From positions 23,808,001 to 23,872,000 of the forward strand of contig OZ024751.1 in the NCBI GenBank assembly GCA_964016885.1: a stretch of 64,000 bases of DNA. Reading direction: 5' to 3'. The position numbers were made by a program, and so were the translations under genes. This stretch comes from Eledone cirrhosa (lineage: Eukaryota). Below the pieces are notes generated by a model. The model worked only from the letters and a program-made list of their open reading frames with translations, did no database searches and was not told the origin of the DNA. This document shows positions 57,391 through 64,000 of the stretch, piece by piece; the first letter of the stretch is position 1, and each line of letters begins with the position of its first letter.

Positions 57391-58022
57391 TTATCCTTCT
57401 CTTCTCTACTTTTGCCCGACCACACCTTGAATACTGTTGTCCACTGTGGTCTCCCCACACGAAACAAAGTATCATGAAACTTGAAGCTCCTCAAAGGGCA
57501 ATCACGAAAAAGATAAATGGCATGTCAGACCTTGACTACTGGGGTCGATTAGAAAACCTGAAACTTTACTCACTCCAACGTCGCCGTGAGCGTTATATTA
57601 TCTGCATGATGTGGAAAATGTTCCATCATCACTGCCCAAATGATGTTGGCATCGCCTTCAAGATACACCCAAGGCTTGGGCCCCGTGCTATCCGTCCCAT
57701 TCAAAAATCTAAATCGCAACTCATAACAACAATACGGCACAATTATTTCACCTCAATCGGCCCTGCTCTCTTCAACATCACACCAGGACACGTCAAAACA
57801 GAAACTGACCACACAAAATTCAAGAAGTCTTGGGACAAATTCCTCCAAGTAATCCCGGACAAACCACCCACACCCGGATATGTCTCCGCAAACAGTAATT
57901 CTCTTCTCGAATGGGCCATGGTGCCCAAATCCTGAATTGAAAGACTTCGCCAGGTGGTGCTATTAAGTTAGACATGGCCTGGGCCAATACTGGCCAAAAC
58001 ATTTCAAAGTTATTCAAAGTTA
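57391..58022 (+). mobile_element. CR1/L2-group LINE 3' fragment, present only in the second duplication unit
   Basis: [13 protein letters not shown]...QRAITK...LYSLQRRRERY...FKK..DKFL; inserted in a TA/CA microsatellite. Confidence 0.85.
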
Positions 58023-58146
58023 TATACATATATATATATACATATATATACACATATATACATATATATATACATACATACATATATATATATATACATA
58101 CATATATATATATATATACATACATACATATATATATATATGTATG

Positions 58147-58257
<111 letters not shown>

Positions 58258-58307
58258 ATATATATATATATATATACAGACACAGACATATATATATGGT
58301 CACTCAA

Positions 58308-59295
58308 TCGAAGTACGATGTACCTGATAACGATTACACCTTAAACATCAATATCTCAGTTTACACACAGAATATTATTGAATTCGATACCCTTAAAGGT
58401 ACACATACAAACAATCTCATCATTCAATCAAGTTGGCATCATAAAAATCTTGCGTGGAATGAAAGAAGATATAAAAAAATATCCACAAGTTTGAAATTGG
58501 GTGATATATGGTACCCGACATCTAAAATATGTAACAGCATTTCTGTTAAATTCTCTTTTGATGATGAGAAAAAGGTCAATGTACGAAACGACGGAACACA
58601 TTCATTAAATATTGACATAATCTTGAATACATACTGCGAAATTAATAATAACTGATGTCCAATAGAATAAGCACAAGTGCTATTTAACTTTATGTTCAGG
58701 ACAGGAGAAGGTAACGAAAGTAATTATAAATAATTTTTAATTTTCATACGTAAATCCGTCTGAACGGAATTTGAAACAATGTTATTTTTATTTTGAAAAC
58801 GATTTTTTCCCTAGTCTAAGGGTTGATATTAAAATTTTCGAGAAAAGGAAGATTACGGTTGAAACAATAACTAAAATTATACCAGCTGCAATGTTAACAG
58901 TGTTAATCTTATCAGTTTAATCTTATATTGCCTGCTGAATCTGGAGAGAAAGTTTCAGCAGCAATCACCATTTTTCTCGCAAATATTGTTTTTCTTTCTG
59001 AAACGACGAAAGTACTGGGTAATAGGTCTCAAGAGAACTCCATATACTTAGTATATGTCTTAATACTGACATTTATAAGCGGATGTTCTTCGCTCGAGAC
59101 AATACTTGTGTGTACATTGTATATCGATCAGAAGGATGTCAACACAAAATTAAGAGGAATCAAACGAGGATCAATCGGATTGAAAAATAAAGTTGTTCCC
59201 ATAGAAACGTCTGATGAAATATAAATGTGAATATTGCAAATTATTCTAAGAGATTTTTTTTCAATTATAGAAATGTAGATATGATATTTTTGACA
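58308..59295 (+). pseudogene. Duplicate of the decayed CR-like pseudogene
   Basis: Shares the same stops and frameshifts as 52630-53615. Confidence 0.9.
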
Positions 59296-59432
59296 GTATG
59301 TCTGTTAGGACTGCCAAGCATAATCATGGCCGCGCAGTATCTGTAATCCCACATTATACCTATAAATATGCCTACACACACCCATACACCCATACACCCA
59401 TACACCCATACACCCATACCCCCCCCCCATAT

Positions 59433-59704
59433 ATATTATATCCCAAAAGTCAGCTCAAAAGTGACACAGAGGAGACTGAGGTTGGCTGGACATGCTAACC
59501 GACATCCATAGTTGACATTGCACTCAGTGCTCCTTTGGGAGCCCCTACATGGACACACTAGAAGAGGAAGACCAAGGTTAACGTATGTTGATGCCCTAAG
59601 GATAGACACTGGTCTGTTGGAGATGCAGGACATGGCAGCGATAATGAGGGACAGAGACCGCTGGAGAGAACTCGTCCATGGATCTCGGGAATTTTACCCG
59701 CCTT

Positions 59705-59706
<2 letters not shown>
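59433..59706 (+). mobile_element. RTE-like LINE 3' fragment (duplicate)
   Basis: Near-identical to 53745-54018. Confidence 0.8.
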
Positions 59707-59741
<35 letters not shown>

Positions 59742-59770
59742 TTGGAGCTCTGAATACATTATATATACAT

Positions 59771-59893
<123 letters not shown>

Positions 59894-60031
59894 TACGGAC
59901 TCGATTCACAGGCGGAGTGTATATATTCATAAGAAGGATGAAGTTTCAATTACATGTATTTCGAAATATATATGTAAACGAAATTTCATCGTTCTTATTA
60001 ATATATATATACATTTGTTTCGAAATCGCTA

Positions 60032-60119
60032 GACATATCTGAGAAACTTGGGAATCAGGTTCTATCCACAAATAGATCGTACCTCGAGCTGTTCGCCGGA
60101 GAAACAATTGTAATATGTT
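60032..60119 (+). ncRNA. Hammerhead-like motif with variant core
   Basis: GACAUAU-CUGAGAA-(~55 nt)-GAAA-CAAUUG-UA/AUAUGUU; related to the 49625 family. Confidence 0.5.
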
Positions 60120-60251
60120 AATAAATTATGTTTCGATGCATCACTGATTCTTCGTTTTCCATCCATATTATTGTACTGTGCTCTGAAGGATCATAGAGTG
60201 CTCAACCAGCATACCGCCTACAGACGCATGCAAGCGACCTTGCTACAAATG

Positions 60252-60792
<541 letters not shown>

Positions 60793-61097
60793 ATCCCATA
60801 GTTATGTCAAAAATGTTTATATATATATATATATATATACATACAATTGGATATATGAGAGGGATGAACACCGATATAAGTAATCATGTGTTCCAATTGC
60901 AGACGACCAAGGTAGCTAGGTTGACAAAATACTAATTTAAAACAATATGGTTTGCCTGACTCGATTTTAAGTAATAAATCAATAAAAATAACAAACCTAT
61001 ATCGGGCAATTTGCGCTATTTGAGGTATTTAATTGTAAAAGACTATTTTGAGTTTATAACTCAATCTATGATATATATATATATATATATATATATT

Positions 61098-61257
61098 CTA
61101 AGGCGGGTAAAATTCCCGAGATCAATGGACGAGTTCTCTCCAGCGGTCTCTGTCCCTCATTATCGCTGCCAACAGACCAGTGTCTGTCCTTAGGGCATCA
61201 ACATACGTTAAACTTGGTCTTCCTCTTCTAGTGTGTCCATGTACGGGCTCCCAAAGG
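61098..61257 (-). mobile_element. RTE-like LINE 3' fragment, third copy
   Basis: Reverse complement of 53842-54018 with an internal deletion. Confidence 0.8.
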
Positions 61258-61522
61258 AAAGAAATATATATATATATATATATATATAGTTATAATGGAT
61301 ATATTTGAAATATATTAATCAACCATCCATATTGGAACCTATTCTGTTTACCTTACATAGACTATTTATTAGATACTAATGCATTTATGCCGTTACCTCA
61401 GAAGTCATGTAGCAATGTATATCTAAAAAATGGTTAATAAATTATATATGTATATATACACACACACACAAACACACAAACACACACACACACATTCACG
61501 TACACCCACACACACAAACACA

Positions 61523-61563
<41 letters not shown>

Positions 61564-61805
61564 TTCTGAAGACCCGATTTAACACGGTGCTGTCGGAAAA
61601 TATTGGAAATTGGATTTTTCGATACATACCATCGGACTAGCATTTCTTGTTTTGTTTATCTGTTAATAGACAGAACACGCGTTAATTATGTAATACACGT
61701 TTGTCCCTTAAATGTGAAGATGTTATATTCATGTTTCTTATTATATTAAATTGTATTATATTATATTATATTATATTGTATTGTATTATATTATATTATA
61801 TTATA

Positions 61806-62060
61806 TAAAGTACCAGTAATACACTGGGTAATTGCTGGCCTTGTGCCTAAAGTAGAAACAATTATATTAGGGCGGTGGATTGGCAGCATCGGTAGAGGGT
61901 CGGACGCCATGCTTTGACGCATAGAGTTACGGCCCTTGCCATTCTGAGTTCAAATCACGCCAATGTTAACTTTGCCTGTCACCCTTACGGGGTCGATAAA
62001 ATAAAGTACCAGTAATGCACTGGGTATTTGCTGGCCTTGTGCCAAAAGTAGAAATAATTA
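61806..62060 (+). mobile_element. SINE 3' fragment followed by a full tRNA-derived SINE
   Basis: Same family as 781-1360. Confidence 0.85.
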
Positions 62061-62080
62061 TATATGATATTATATATACC

Positions 62081-62114
<34 letters not shown>

Positions 62115-62115
<1 letters not shown>

Positions 62116-62352
62116 GTTTAGCAAGATTCTTTATCTGAAAACGTGTGTTGAAACCGATATTGTTATACTTTGGGAGGGTCATGTTGCCAATAAGAAACAC
62201 ACGCACCAGTTGCTTTCACTTCAATTTATTATAATACATTTATAAATTTAGGAATTTATAAATTTCCGGTTGGTTGGTTCCACAACCAGATGGTTGTTTA
62301 TATATGTTTATATATGTTTATTGCAACATGACCCTCTCAAAGTATAACAATA
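62115..62352. mobile_element. Copy of the 18598 inverted-repeat element
   Basis: Near-identical left part, shorter inverted arm. Confidence 0.65.
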
Positions 62353-62454
62353 TATATATATATATTATATATATATATATATATGCATGTATGTATATAA
62401 ATACACATAAACCTATACAAACAAACACACACACACACAGACACACACACACAG

Positions 62455-62489
<35 letters not shown>

Positions 62490-62741
62490 GGAACGAGTAG
62501 GACCGAAACGGCTTGAGCTCAGCCGTCGGGGTCCTACTCGTTCCTATTACCCACTCTACTACCTTAAGTATTGACTACTTTGGTGCGTTATGGTCTATCT
62601 GGTTCCTTACCACATTTCCTTACTTATACTTATTACTAATTTTTACTTATTCCTAATTAAACTATTTTTCACTGGGAACAATTTGTCAGCATTTTCTTTT
62701 CCTTTTACTAATATATCACAACTCGTGTGTTACACCTCTAT

Positions 62742-62806
<65 letters not shown>

Positions 62807-64000
62807 GATATGTAGATAATATATATATATATAAATTATGTAGATAATATATATATATATATATATAAACTCGTAGAGCAAATATTTATTTGTGCAGATT
62901 AAAGTTTAAGCAAATAATCGCTGGTTTCTGCCTTTTATAGGAGTCTTTTGTAATCACCTTACCGCAACTGAAGCTATCAAGGTATCGACTTCTTTCCTCT
63001 ACTATGTCTTCTCTACCATAACTCCTGGTATCTCGAAAATTTAATATCGGACGTATATCATCTTTACCAAGGTCTGATAATAACTAATTTCTTCTAGAGA
63101 AGGAGAGTGACACAGAAGAACAGGGGAAAGCTTATAGAGAAAGAATCGACGCCATTACCAGAATGGAATCTTTTGTTTATCACGATGAAATCCAAAGTTG
63201 AACTCAGCACAATTTGAATAGAGAGCTGGAACAACTTCCGCTCTCTGATAATAAATGCTGTGTAGGGATTGATAACATTAGTATTCATACGTTCGATATC
63301 TTCGGTATAGGACAGAGCAATACTAAGTAGGAATATTTTATTTTATATTCCTACAAAATGTCTATGGAGTTTGTATACCATTTATATACATCTATTTTTC
63401 TCGCTATCTTATAATAATTTAAATCATGATTCATGAATTCCTTCGGAAATCACCATGAAAATCATACCTATGCATGTTTACTATGTTTATAATTTATGGG
63501 ATTTGTAGCAACATTCTGGATCACATTCCATAGCCAATGAACATATTCTTATACAAGAAATATATTTATCAACAAATATTAACTATACGTAGGAGTTCGC
63601 TCGAAATTTACGAAGTGTTAAGGGCATAAAGATAAAAAGAATGATGTTCTAATGAGCGGATATGTTATAAAATTGTTTATAGATTAGGATTAACCCCCCC
63701 TCCAAAAAAAAAAAGAGAAGTTACCGCTATCGACATCTTCTTTTTCCTTCTGTAAGTGTCTTCACTTTATTGAATCAACTATTTTATACAATTTTTGCGT
63801 CTGAGCACATCACTTTTTATATTAATTATATTTATAATAGTAAAAGTGATAACCTTTTTTTAGGATGGATATATCATTGAATGCTGCTTATCATAGTTCG
63901 TGCTGAGAAATAATTAGAGAACTGTTAGCGGATATACTAGAAAATATAAAATATAGATTTAATATAAAGAATGTGCTGCTTATGAGCAGAGATGCTATAA

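Noticed and set aside
62930-63320. Possible ancient RT fragment on minus strand (also 3540-4120)
   Set aside because: Only weak motif hints (IRPI) with many stops; not supportable without a profile search

Overview
AT-rich, microsatellite-dense animal genomic DNA, most likely octopus (inferred from the gene family and SINE types). The main host content is a tandem array of seven same-strand genes or pseudogenes with intronless coding regions, encoding atypical Cys-loop (nAChR-like) cation channels that match cephalopod chemotactile receptors (CRs). Four are intact (15350, 27143, 39998, 50890), one carries a single TGG>TAG stop (55971), and two are decayed. The last four lie in a recent ~5.4 kb tandem duplication. 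The intergenic DNA holds tRNA-derived SINEs, a 5'-truncated Tx1-like LINE in an (ATCT)n tract, other LINE fragments, a hAT MITE and Helentron-like elements. It also holds many Penelope-like element (PLE) pieces sitting in (TA)n tracts as inverted repeats or palindromes. By eye these carry at least 8 sequence-distinct type I hammerhead ribozyme (HHR) families with canonical cores, one with a very long stem II, plus a related pair with non-canonical cores. All RNA folds were paired by hand and no database search was run.
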